In this document: positions 8,295-16,662 of the stretch, piece after piece
Layout of the letters: each line of letters opens with the position of its first letter
Numbering within the stretch: position 1 is the stretch's first letter
From: an uncultured Candidatus Saccharibacteria bacterium
GTDB lineage: Bacteria; Patescibacteriota; Minisyncoccia; SW-4-49-11
DNA: 64,000 nt
Direction: 5' to 3'
Assembly (NCBI GenBank): GCA_964585065.1
Contig: CAZPCB010000002.1
Span: 68,886-132,885 of the forward strand
Notes under the pieces: generated by a model
What the model was told of the DNA's origin: nothing
Seen by the model: only the letters and a program-made list of their open reading frames with translations
The model's database searches: none
Program-made: the position numbers and the translations under genes

Positions 8295-10298
8295 ATGCCA
8301 AAAGACAAAATTCATCCTATTCTTCAAGGACTTAATGATAAACAATTAGAAGCGGCTGAGACTATAGAAGGTCCTGTTTTAGTATTGGCTGGAGCGGGTT
8401 CAGGTAAAACATCTACGCTAACCAAGCGTATTGCCTATATGATTGCAAAAGGAATATCTCCCTATAGTATTTTAGCAGTAACATTCACCAATAAGGCTGC
8501 CAAAGAAATGAAGGAGCGAGTCAAACATTTGCTTGAGACTTCTTTTGGCGATAATGTGCCAGCCATGCCTATGGTGGGGACTTTTCACTCCGTTTGTCTG
8601 AATATTCTTCATCGAGAGGCTGAGGCTTTGGGCTATGATAAGTCATTTTTGATTTATGACACCACAGATAGCCAGAATATTATCAAGGATTTACTCAAAA
8701 AACGAGATATTCCAAAAGATCAGGTTAAGCCAGCTTCTATACAATATATTATCTCCAAAGCCAAAAATAATCTGATTACAGCCAGTCAATTTGCTGATTA
8801 TAATCCCACTACTCCCTTAGAGGAATTGGCCATTGAATTATATCAGGAATATCAGAAGCAATTGAGGAAGAACAATGCCATGGATTTTGATGATATTATT
8901 ATGAATACCGTAGTATTATTCAAAGAATTTGCGGATGTATTGGCAAGATATCAGGATAGATATCGCTATATTATGATTGATGAGTATCAGGATACCAATC
9001 AGGCTCAATATGAATTGGTAAAATTATTAGCCCTGAAGTACAAGAATCTCTGTGTGGTGGGAGATGATTTTCAGGCTATTTATTCTTGGCGAGGGGCTGA
9101 TTTTAAAAATATCTTGAATTTTGAAAAAGATTATAAAGATACCAAGGTGGTATTATTAGAGCAGAATTATCGCTCCACACAAATCATTTTGGATGCTGCT
9201 AATCAGGTTATAGATAAGAATACGCAAAAAAAGGATAAAAATCTTTGGACAGATAAAGAATCTGGAGAATTAATTCATTTGGTTGAAGCAGAGAATGAAT
9301 ATCAGGAAAGTTTATTTGTGGCACGTACTATCAAAGATTTGGTGGGTAGCGGTAAATATAGTTTATCAGGATTTGCTTGTCTGTATCGCACCAATGCTCA
9401 ATCTCGAGCTTTGGAAGAAGCCTTTTTGCAACTCCGAATCCCCTATCAAATTGTGGGTGGTACCAAATTCTATGAAAGAGCCGAAATCAAGGATCTTTTG
9501 GCTTATCTTAAGTTTTTATATAATACCAATGATACGGCTTCATTTCGGCGTATTATCAATGTACCAAAGCGATCAGTTGGTAAGGCGAGTATAGATAAAA
9601 TCTTATATGCTTATTCAGAAAGCAATGAAAATGAGCAAAATATCGATTTACTGGAATTATTGACTCATACAGACAAATATTCTCTCAAGATAACTGGAGG
9701 GGCTCGAAGAGGAATAATGGTCTTCTGTGAGCAAATTTTTGAGCTTAAGGGGGCTTTTGAGAGAGATAAGTATACATTATCTCAACTGGTAGCAGATATC
9801 TTAAAAATCACCCAATATACCAGCCATTGGGAAAAAAGCAAAGAAAATGAAGCTAGAATGGAATATATTGAGGAATTATTCACAGTAACGCAGAAATTTG
9901 ATAATCTTCCCGTAGAGGAAGCTTTGTATGAATTCTTACAGGAAACAGCATTATTATCCGATATTGATGGGATGAAGGCCTCTCAGGCAGTAACTTTGAT
10001 GACATATCATGCGGCTAAGGGGCTCGAATTCCCGGTAGTATTTATGATTGGTATGGAAGAAGGTATACTCCCCCATTCTCGTAGCCTCATCTCACATAAA
10101 GAATTAGAAGAAGAGCGTAGGCTTTGCTATGTGGGTATTACCAGGGCCAAGGATAAGCTTTATATGACATATACACAGCTTAGACGTATATTTGGGCAAA
10201 TTCAATCTAATCCCTCTTCACGATTTATTACTGAAATACCAGATCATCTTTTGGAGCAATTATCTCTCACCTATACTGATTATGATCCTGAATGGTAA
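8295..10298 (+). CDS. pcrA: ATP-dependent DNA helicase PcrA/UvrD
   Basis: LAGAGSGKT, TFTNKAAKEM, DEYQDTN, LEQNYRST, HAAKGLEF, EERRLCYVGITRA. Confidence 0.96.
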   Translation: MPKDKIHPILQGLNDKQLEAAETIEGPVLVLAGAGSGKTSTLTKRIAYMIAKGISPYSILAVTFTNKAAKEMKERVKHLLETSFGDNVPAMPMVGTFHSVCLNILHREAEALGYDKSFLIYDTTDSQNIIKDLLKKRDIPKDQVKPASIQYIISKAKNNLITASQFADYNPTTPLEELAIELYQEYQKQLRKNNAMDFDDIIMNTVVLFKEFADVLARYQDRYRYIMIDEYQDTNQAQYELVKLLALKYKNLCVVGDDFQAIYSWRGADFKNILNFEKDYKDTKVVLLEQNYRSTQIILDAANQVIDKNTQKKDKNLWTDKESGELIHLVEAENEYQESLFVARTIKDLVGSGKYSLSGFACLYRTNAQSRALEEAFLQLRIPYQIVGGTKFYERAEIKDLLAYLKFLYNTNDTASFRRIINVPKRSVGKASIDKILYAYSESNENEQNIDLLELLTHTDKYSLKITGGARRGIMVFCEQIFELKGAFERDKYTLSQLVADILKITQYTSHWEKSKENEARMEYIEELFTVTQKFDNLPVEEALYEFLQETALLSDIDGMKASQAVTLMTYHAAKGLEFPVVFMIGMEEGILPHSRSLISHKELEEERRLCYVGITRAKDKLYMTYTQLRRIFGQIQSNPSSRFITEIPDHLLEQLSLTYTDYDPEW

Positions 10299-10304
10299 AA
10301 ATTG

Positions 10305-10326
10305 ATATATATATATATATATATAT
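10305..10326. repeat. (AT)11 microsatellite
   Basis: Perfect AT dinucleotide run just after the pcrA stop. Confidence 0.95.
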
Positions 10327-10378
10327 TGATATTTTGTACAATATGTACTACTATTACTGTAGTTAACTTGTTGCTTTT

Positions 10379-10537
10379 ATGTCTTCTCCTTTGTTCTTTC
10401 GTGTAGCTATCTTGGTTGTTGGAGGGTTATTCTCTGTCATCATAGCCTCCACCAGTTTCCCTTTTGGACTCATTGCTTTTTTCATAACACTTGTCGCACG
10501 GTTTTATATTGTCCGTGGCGGCAGCATAACTTTATAA
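10379..10537 (+). CDS. 52-aa hydrophobic (two-TM) orphan microprotein, below the ORF-track cutoff
   Basis: MSSPLFFRVAILVVGGLFSVIIASTSFPFGLIAFFITLVARFYIVRGGSITL*; promoter TTGATA-17-TACTAT (10326-10354); terminator aagccc...gggctttttt directly after the stop. Confidence 0.6.
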   Translation: MSSPLFFRVAILVVGGLFSVIIASTSFPFGLIAFFITLVARFYIVRGGSITL

Positions 10538-10608
10538 GCCCCTCTTCTTGAGTGGGCTTTTTTCATTTGTAAAACTGGATAATCTTTGCTATAATGCTCT
10601 TATATAGC

Positions 10609-10682
10609 GTCTCCGTAGCTCAATTGGATAGAGCAACAGCCTTCTAAGCTGTAGGTTATTGGTTCAATCCCAATCGGAGACA
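10609..10682 (+). tRNA. tRNA-Arg(TCT), CCA not fully encoded
   Basis: GTCTCCG/CGGAGAC stem, CTTCTAA loop, GGTTCAATCCC; followed by A-CCG. Confidence 0.93.
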
Positions 10683-10707
10683 CCGTTCAATTATTCAAAA
10701 CAAAATT

Positions 10708-12042
10708 ATGTCATATACTGAAAAACTAAAGACAATTGAGGATACAGTAGTAACTCCATATAAGCTTGCGCAAACAGATTCTTGGAAATTATTCAAGGTA
10801 ATGGCTGAATTTGTAGAGGGTTATGATTTGATGGCAAAATATAAAAATGAAGTTACTATATTTGGCTCAGCTCGTACTCATGAAGATGATCAATATTATA
10901 TAAAAGCTCGTAAACTCGGAGAATTATTGGGACTCAATGATTATACGGTGATTACCGGAGGTGGCCCTGGTATTATGGAGGCTGCTAATCGTGGGGCTTT
11001 TCAAGTGAAAGGAGATTCTATTGGGCTTGGTATTGAACTTCCCATGGAACAGCGTATTAATCCTTATGTTACTGACTCAGTTAATTTTAGCTATTTCTTT
11101 ACCCGCAAAGTAATGCTTACAAGTCCTTCTCAAGCTTTTGTGTATTTTCCTGGAGGATATGGAACTTTAGATGAATTATTTCAGGTGTTAAATGAAATAG
11201 CTCTTGGCTTTACACAAAGAGTTCCTGTTATTCTGGTGGGGCAGAAATTTTGGACTCCACTCATACAATTCTTACGAGATACTTGCCATTCTATTCTCGG
11301 AGCTATAAAAGCTGAAGATTTAGAAATGATTCATATTGTAGAAACAGCCGAAGAAGCCTTTGAAATTATTCGGAAAACTGAGGATTATCCTAATATATTA
11401 GCAACTTCATCTAATACGACCGCTATTGCGAGTGTAAATTGGCGAATATTTCGTATAATGGCAGAATTAGTAGAGGGGCTTGAATTCCTCGAATCTTTAC
11501 CCAAAAATGTGACTATACTTGGAAGTAATAAAGTGTCCCAAGATAGCCATTATTATCAGGATACTTATTCTATTGCACAGGAGCTTATAAAACATGATTT
11601 TAGTATTCTCACCGGAGGAGGTTTTGGTATAGCTGAAGCTGCTAATAAAGCTTCTTCGGAAGCAGAAAAATCAGCTTTTGCAACTCTTTTGCATCAAAAT
11701 GGAAAGACTATGAATAATTATGTCAGTGACTCTATTCATTTTAGATTCCCATTTACTCGGCAATTTATCTTAACAGGACCTACTAATCAATATTTGTTCT
11801 GTCCCGGGGGGCTTGGAACTCTGCATCAATTATTTGAGGTATTAACTCTCGTACAAACACATAAGGTAGATAAAACCCCGCTTATACTCTTTGATACTGA
11901 GTTCTGGAGGCCATTAGTAGAATATATCGATAAAGTATTTGCTCAAGAATACCGTACAATTAATCCAGATGATTTGAAGTTATTTACCCTTACTTTGAAT
12001 AAAGAAGAGGTATTAGCTGCTATATTAAAGAATAAGCAGTGA
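10708..12042 (+). CDS. tandem LOG/Rossmann-fold nucleotide phosphoribohydrolase (two domains)
   Basis: TIFGSAR, TGGGPGIMEAAN, PGGYGTLDE in domain 1; TGGGFGIAEAAN, PGGLGTLHQ in domain 2. Confidence 0.88.
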   Translation: MSYTEKLKTIEDTVVTPYKLAQTDSWKLFKVMAEFVEGYDLMAKYKNEVTIFGSARTHEDDQYYIKARKLGELLGLNDYTVITGGGPGIMEAANRGAFQVKGDSIGLGIELPMEQRINPYVTDSVNFSYFFTRKVMLTSPSQAFVYFPGGYGTLDELFQVLNEIALGFTQRVPVILVGQKFWTPLIQFLRDTCHSILGAIKAEDLEMIHIVETAEEAFEIIRKTEDYPNILATSSNTTAIASVNWRIFRIMAELVEGLEFLESLPKNVTILGSNKVSQDSHYYQDTYSIAQELIKHDFSILTGGGFGIAEAANKASSEAEKSAFATLLHQNGKTMNNYVSDSIHFRFPFTRQFILTGPTNQYLFCPGGLGTLHQLFEVLTLVQTHKVDKTPLILFDTEFWRPLVEYIDKVFAQEYRTINPDDLKLFTLTLNKEEVLAAILKNKQ

Positions 12043-12112
12043 GTATAGTTGCAATTGGAGTGAGTTTTTGATAGAATATTCTAGACTTCCAAAGTCAGGA
12101 GGAATATTATGT

Positions 12113-12187
12113 GGTGGCCATAGTTTAGTGGTAAAACTTCGGGTTGTGGTTCCGACATCACGGGTTCAATCCCCGTTGGCCACCCCA
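12113..12187 (+). tRNA. tRNA-His(GTG)
   Basis: G-1, GTGGCCA/TGGCCAC stem, TTGTGGT loop, C73-CCA. Confidence 0.94.
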
Positions 12188-12238
12188 TAGTATTGCTCTT
12201 GCGGAAGCATCAGATTACTGATATACTACAACAAATGT

Positions 12239-12315
12239 GGGGGCGTAGCTCAGTTGGTTAGAGCGTCTGCCTGTCACGCAGAAGGTCACCGGTTCGAGCC
12301 CGGCCGTCCCCGCCA
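12239..12315 (+). tRNA. tRNA-Asp(GTC)
   Basis: GGGGGCG/CGTCCCC stem, CTGTCAC loop, GGTTCGAGCCC, G73-CCA. Confidence 0.95.
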
Positions 12316-12357
12316 ATGAAGAAAACAGGTTTATCCTGTTTTTTTGTTGGTAAAAGA

Positions 12358-12507
12358 GGGACGGCAGATGAGAAGGGGTCGGGAAACAGGAGTTTCCCGT
12401 GGCGGAAATACCAAAACCGAGGGGTTTTGGAAAACGGTTACGTTTTGGTTGTCCCCGCCAGAAATAAAGAGGAGAAGTTTTACTTCTCTTTTTTATTTAG
12501 GGACGGC
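12358..12507 (+). repeat. tRNA-Asp-linked structured element with a duplicate of the tRNA 3' end
   Basis: GTCCCCGCCA repeated at 12451-12460; GGGACGGC at 12358 and 12500; three internal hairpins. Confidence 0.75.
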
Positions 12508-12616
12508 TGATACTGCCGAACACGAATAATGTGGATAAGTATACTTGAGAGGTAGTATAAAACATCATATAATAATATAAATTAAATTATATTATCATAT
12601 AAATGAATCAGGAGAC

Positions 12617-13528
12617 TTGTGGAGTAAGGTACAAAAATTATTAACAGAATATGAGGCGCCAAAGAGAACTGCATTATCAAAACAATATCCTTTTATTCAA
12701 AAGCCAATTTTATTTGTAAGACATACATCTCGTACGATATCTAATATTTTAGATTCTAAAATACGATGTTATCAGACGGAAGATTTTTTGCCAATGGTAG
12801 TTGCACGCCATCAATCGGTACTTAGGAGGAGGCTTGGTGATAGTGACTTGGAGCTACAAGAACAAAAGATAACTAATCTCAAACAGGCAATTAAACATTT
12901 AGATGGAGTAGTTATTGAACCGGGAAAAATATTTTCTTTATGGAAATTGATTGGGAAACCCACATATGACAAAGGATATGTAGATGGAATGTTACTTGCA
13001 AACGGGGCGGTTATCCCAGGTTTAGGGGGAGGATTATGTCAGCTCTCTAATTTTTTATACTGGATATTTTTACACACATCAATGCAAACTATAGAGAGAT
13101 ATCATCATTCTATGGATGTGTTCCCAGATTCAGGTAGAACATTGCCCTTTGGTGGCGGGGCGACTATATTGTATAATTTTATTGATCTAAAGTTAGAAAA
13201 TATATCAAATCAACCTCTTCAATTAAAAATATGGCTTACAGACACGCATCTTAAGGGACAAGTTCTAACCACAAAAAGAATTCCAGAAAAATACCATATT
13301 ATTGAAAAAAATCATTGTTTTGTAAAAAGGGGTGATATATATTTTCGATATAATGAAATTTTGAAGGAGTGTAGAGTAAATGGCGAAATACAGTCTACAG
13401 AATATGTTACGACAAATTTCGCACCAGTATTGTATAAAGTGACACCAGAATATATTCAAGAAAATAACTTCCAATTATTAGATTTTACCCATACAAATCT
13501 AAATGAGATATCTTTAACTCTTGCATAG
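12617..13528 (+). CDS. VanW-family protein
   Basis: IEPGKIFSLW, GGGLCQLSN, ERYHHS, GAT; TTG start with an AGGAG SD, which most genes here lack. Confidence 0.85.
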   Translation: MWSKVQKLLTEYEAPKRTALSKQYPFIQKPILFVRHTSRTISNILDSKIRCYQTEDFLPMVVARHQSVLRRRLGDSDLELQEQKITNLKQAIKHLDGVVIEPGKIFSLWKLIGKPTYDKGYVDGMLLANGAVIPGLGGGLCQLSNFLYWIFLHTSMQTIERYHHSMDVFPDSGRTLPFGGGATILYNFIDLKLENISNQPLQLKIWLTDTHLKGQVLTTKRIPEKYHIIEKNHCFVKRGDIYFRYNEILKECRVNGEIQSTEYVTTNFAPVLYKVTPEYIQENNFQLLDFTHTNLNEISLTLA

Positions 13529-13563
13529 ATAATTACAATCTGATATACTCTAATCTGTAATTA

Positions 13564-13636
13564 GGGCCTGTAGCTCATTTGGTAGAGCGCCTCGCTTGCA
13601 CCGAGGAGGTGGCTGGTTCGATCCCAGTCAGGTCCA
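13564..13636 (+). tRNA. tRNA-Ala(TGC), CCA not encoded
   Basis: GGGCCTG/CAGGTCC stem with G3:U70, TGC anticodon, GGTTCGATCCC; followed by A-CTA. Confidence 0.93.
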
Positions 13637-13642
13637 CTAAGT

Positions 13643-13677
13643 AAACAAAAAGAGGTTTTTCTAACCTCTTTTTGTTT
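13643..13677. terminator. bidirectional terminator
   Basis: aaacaaaaagaggtt-N5-aacctctttttgttt between convergent tRNA-Ala and the msrQ-like gene. Confidence 0.75.
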
Positions 13678-13689
13678 TTGTAGATAATT

Positions 13690-14259
13690 TTATGCTAATA
13701 CATTAACCTTAGCTTTGATAAGAGAAGCAATTTCTAAGACCATAACCACACCAATGATAATGCTTTGCCAAGATACACCTTGTAATATCACATGTCCAAA
13801 AATTAACCACCCAATTATATAAGTAACTCTATGTAGTCTTTTCCAATTGGTTTTGAGCTTTTGCGTAGCCCAATTATTAGAGGTGAGGAACATCAGAAGG
13901 GTGAGAATCATTGCCAATACTCCAAATGCTTGATATAGGGGTAAATATACGGGTAATTTGTATTGAATTACTGGTATTACTTTCATTGCAAGATAATGGG
14001 TAAAAGCAGCCATAAACATCAATATACCAATTTGCCTCCGAACTGGTAATATGAGCTTGATGATTAAACTAAATTGCTTCGCAAGTCCAAATCGTTGAAT
14101 AATACTTGGTATAAGGGTTGTCACGAATAATAATAGGGCTATAGTACCAAATTTCTTCCCATAATCTGATCTTAAGGCAGGAGAAAGTGTGGCTAAGGGG
14201 ATAAATATTATAGGACTTATGTAGGTGAGCCAAATGATGATTTTATGTAAAGTTTTCAT
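13690..14259 (-). CDS. MsrQ/ferric-reductase-like heme-binding membrane protein
   Basis: RRQIGI....A.TH, LTSN, WKRLHRVTY.....GH motifs. Confidence 0.8.
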   Translation of the reverse strand: MKTLHKIIIWLTYISPIIFIPLATLSPALRSDYGKKFGTIALLLFVTTLIPSIIQRFGLAKQFSLIIKLILPVRRQIGILMFMAAFTHYLAMKVIPVIQYKLPVYLPLYQAFGVLAMILTLLMFLTSNNWATQKLKTNWKRLHRVTYIIGWLIFGHVILQGVSWQSIIIGVVMVLEIASLIKAKVNVLA

Positions 14260-14321
14260 ATATTTAAAATTATAAGGTTAGATTTAGTATACCACAGGGT
14301 AATACGATTTATAATTACCAA

Positions 14322-14337
14322 TGTTCCACGTGGAACA
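14322..14337. promoter_or_regulatory. parS site (ParB/Spo0J binding)
   Basis: TGTTCCACGTGGAACA perfect palindrome, extending to 28 bp (14316-14343). Confidence 0.9.
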
Positions 14338-14556
14338 TTGGTAGCTTACGACAAAAGGAGCTGAGCGCTCCTTTTGATATGTGATATTGAATTGTATTGC
14401 TTAAGCAGATTTATAATATACACCCAACCATCATAAATGTCAAGAGATAACATTTATATAAAAACTAATAATATATTGTTATAGATTTGCATTTTTATCA
14501 GATATTAGGTAGAATAAACAAAAATAGTCCATATATTACTTATTTTTGTATTGTTT

Positions 14557-16362
14557 ATGAATTCCCATATACGTAATCTTGCCATTATTGCCCATGTTGA
14601 TCATGGTAAAACCACTTTGATGGATGCTATTTTGCATCAAACTCAGATTTTTCGTGAAAATCAGGCTGTGCAGGAGCGTGTTATGGATTCTATGGATTTG
14701 GAGCGGGAAAAAGGTATTACTATTAGAGCGAAGAACGCCTCAGTTAGCTATAAGGATTATACTATTAATTTGATTGATACTCCTGGTCACGCTGATTTTG
14801 GAGGAGAAGTAGAGCGAGTACTTAAAATGGCTGATGGAGCCTTGCTTTTAGTAGATTCTAAAGAAGGACCAATGCCTCAAACTAAATTCGTGCTCAAAAA
14901 AGCTTTAGCTTTGGGGCTTCGAGTAGTGGTGGTAATTAATAAAATTGACCGGCCTGATGCTAATCCAGACTCTGTAGTGGATAAGACTTTTGATTTATTC
15001 GTGACGCTTAATGCGAATGACAAACAATTAGATTTTCCTATTGTATATGCTTCTGCTATTAATGGCTCTGCATCTCTCGAAATAGATCAAACAGGTAAGG
15101 ATTTAACTGAATTATTCGAGGTTATTGTAAATGAAATTCCAGCACCAACTTCTCCTATTGAGGATTCCTTTAGAATGCTTACCTTGAATCTTCAATTTGA
15201 TAAATTCAAAGGAACTATGGCTGTAGGGCGTATTGATGCGGGGAAAATTGTAAAAGGTATGTCAGTAGTGCGTATTGATAAAGCTGGTAATCAGACCAAA
15301 AATACTATTACGAGTTTGCTTCGATATAGTGGTATGGAACTTATTGATACAGATGAATTAATTGCAGGAGATATTGCTGTTATTGCGGGAATAGCTGGTA
15401 TTGAAATTGGAGATACTATTGCTGATGCGCAAAATCCAGTACAAATAGCTCCTATTGAAGTAGAAAGCCCAACTCTTCAAATGATGTTTGCGATTAATGA
15501 TAGTCCATTCTCAGGAAAAGAAGGAAAATATTCTACTTCTCGTATGATTCGAGATAGATTATACAAAGAACAAGAGACAAATATTAGTTTAAATATTGAA
15601 GATACTGCAAGTCCAGATAGATTTTTGGTAGCAGGACGAGGAGAGCTTCATTTAGCTGTTTTGATTGAGACTATGCGACGAGAAGGGTATGAATTCTCAG
15701 TGGGGCGACCTCAAGTAATTCTGAGAGATAATAATGGAGCTATAGAAGAGCCTTATGAGCTATTAAGTTTGGATGTGCCAGAAGAATATAGTGGTAAAAT
15801 TATTGAAGCTGTCAATAAGCGACAAGGAGAACTTGTGAATATGGAAATCAATGACCATAATGAGTCCCATATTGAATATAAGATTACTACACAGAATTTG
15901 ATTGGACTTAGAAGTATTCTCTTGACTCTTTCTAAGGGAACGGTAATTATGAATAGTTCTTTTCTAGAATATGGACCTCGAGTATCTAGTGGTAAAGGAC
16001 GGTCAACAGGGTCTATTGTGTCTCTGGAATTAGGGAAAATAACCAAATATGCTTTAGATGGAGCTTCAGATAGAGGGACTTTCTTTGTGACTGATGGAAC
16101 TGAAGTGTATCCTGGTATGGTGCTTGGAGAATCTAATCGTGAACAAGATGTAGAAATTAATCCTGTAAAGGCAAAGAAACTTACCAATATGCGTGCATCT
16201 GGATCTGATGATGGTGTATTTATAGCTCCACCAAAAGATATGTCTCTTGAGGCTAGTATTGAATATTTAGCTGATGATGAGCTTCTAGAGGTAACTCCAG
16301 AAAGCTTGAGAATTCGAAAAAGAGTATTAGACGCTAATGAACGCAAACGATCAAATAGATAA
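14557..16362 (+). CDS. typA: translational GTPase TypA/BipA
   Basis: IRNLAIIAHVDHGKTTL, DTPGHADFGGEVER, GRGELHL, EVTPESLRIRK. Confidence 0.96.
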   Translation: MNSHIRNLAIIAHVDHGKTTLMDAILHQTQIFRENQAVQERVMDSMDLEREKGITIRAKNASVSYKDYTINLIDTPGHADFGGEVERVLKMADGALLLVDSKEGPMPQTKFVLKKALALGLRVVVVINKIDRPDANPDSVVDKTFDLFVTLNANDKQLDFPIVYASAINGSASLEIDQTGKDLTELFEVIVNEIPAPTSPIEDSFRMLTLNLQFDKFKGTMAVGRIDAGKIVKGMSVVRIDKAGNQTKNTITSLLRYSGMELIDTDELIAGDIAVIAGIAGIEIGDTIADAQNPVQIAPIEVESPTLQMMFAINDSPFSGKEGKYSTSRMIRDRLYKEQETNISLNIEDTASPDRFLVAGRGELHLAVLIETMRREGYEFSVGRPQVILRDNNGAIEEPYELLSLDVPEEYSGKIIEAVNKRQGELVNMEINDHNESHIEYKITTQNLIGLRSILLTLSKGTVIMNSSFLEYGPRVSSGKGRSTGSIVSLELGKITKYALDGASDRGTFFVTDGTEVYPGMVLGESNREQDVEINPVKAKKLTNMRASGSDDGVFIAPPKDMSLEASIEYLADDELLEVTPESLRIRKRVLDANERKRSNR

Positions 16363-16375
16363 ATCAAAGTAAATG

Positions 16376-16406
16376 AAAAAGGAGGGCTGATATCAGCTCT
16401 CCTTTT
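16376..16406. terminator. bidirectional terminator
   Basis: aaaaaggagggctga-ta-tcagctctccttttg between convergent genes. Confidence 0.75.
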
Positions 16407-16423
16407 GATTTGGTGGAGATAGG

Positions 16424-16609
16424 TTATCTCCGTTTAAGATGGTATCTTTTCTTTGACCGACTATATTTTAGGATTATGTACTTTAGAAGTTCATAGAACA
16501 AAACACCAAGCGGAAGAAATATCTCTTGAATACCTGCCTTGAAGGCTATCAGAGATTCTAAAACAGTCTTGAAGAGTTTTAATACCCAAAGTTTGCTTTT
16601 TCTCATCAT
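16424..16609 (-). CDS. small basic orphan protein (61 aa)
   Basis: ATG 16609 downstream of TTGTAT-17-TATTTT with extended TG (16660-16632); terminator follows. Confidence 0.45.
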   Translation of the reverse strand: MMRKSKLWVLKLFKTVLESLIAFKAGIQEIFLPLGVLFYELLKYIILKYSRSKKRYHLKRR

Positions 16610-16662
16610 GGTATTGAAAGATAACACCTCCAAAATAGCATAAAAATTTGAAAAATACAATA

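Noticed and set aside
12316-12529. ORFs 12316-12510 and 12344-12529
   Set aside because: They overlap two terminators and the structured tRNA-linked element, and show no protein-like features.
12617-13528. Vancomycin-resistance locus
   Set aside because: VanW-family genes are widespread outside van clusters, and no vanA/B/H/X/R/S genes are present.
15753-16367. 204-aa antisense ORF in typA, and similar ones inside pnp, infB, rpsK and 32802-33992
   Set aside because: Fully antisense to well-conserved or better-supported genes; expected from codon bias.
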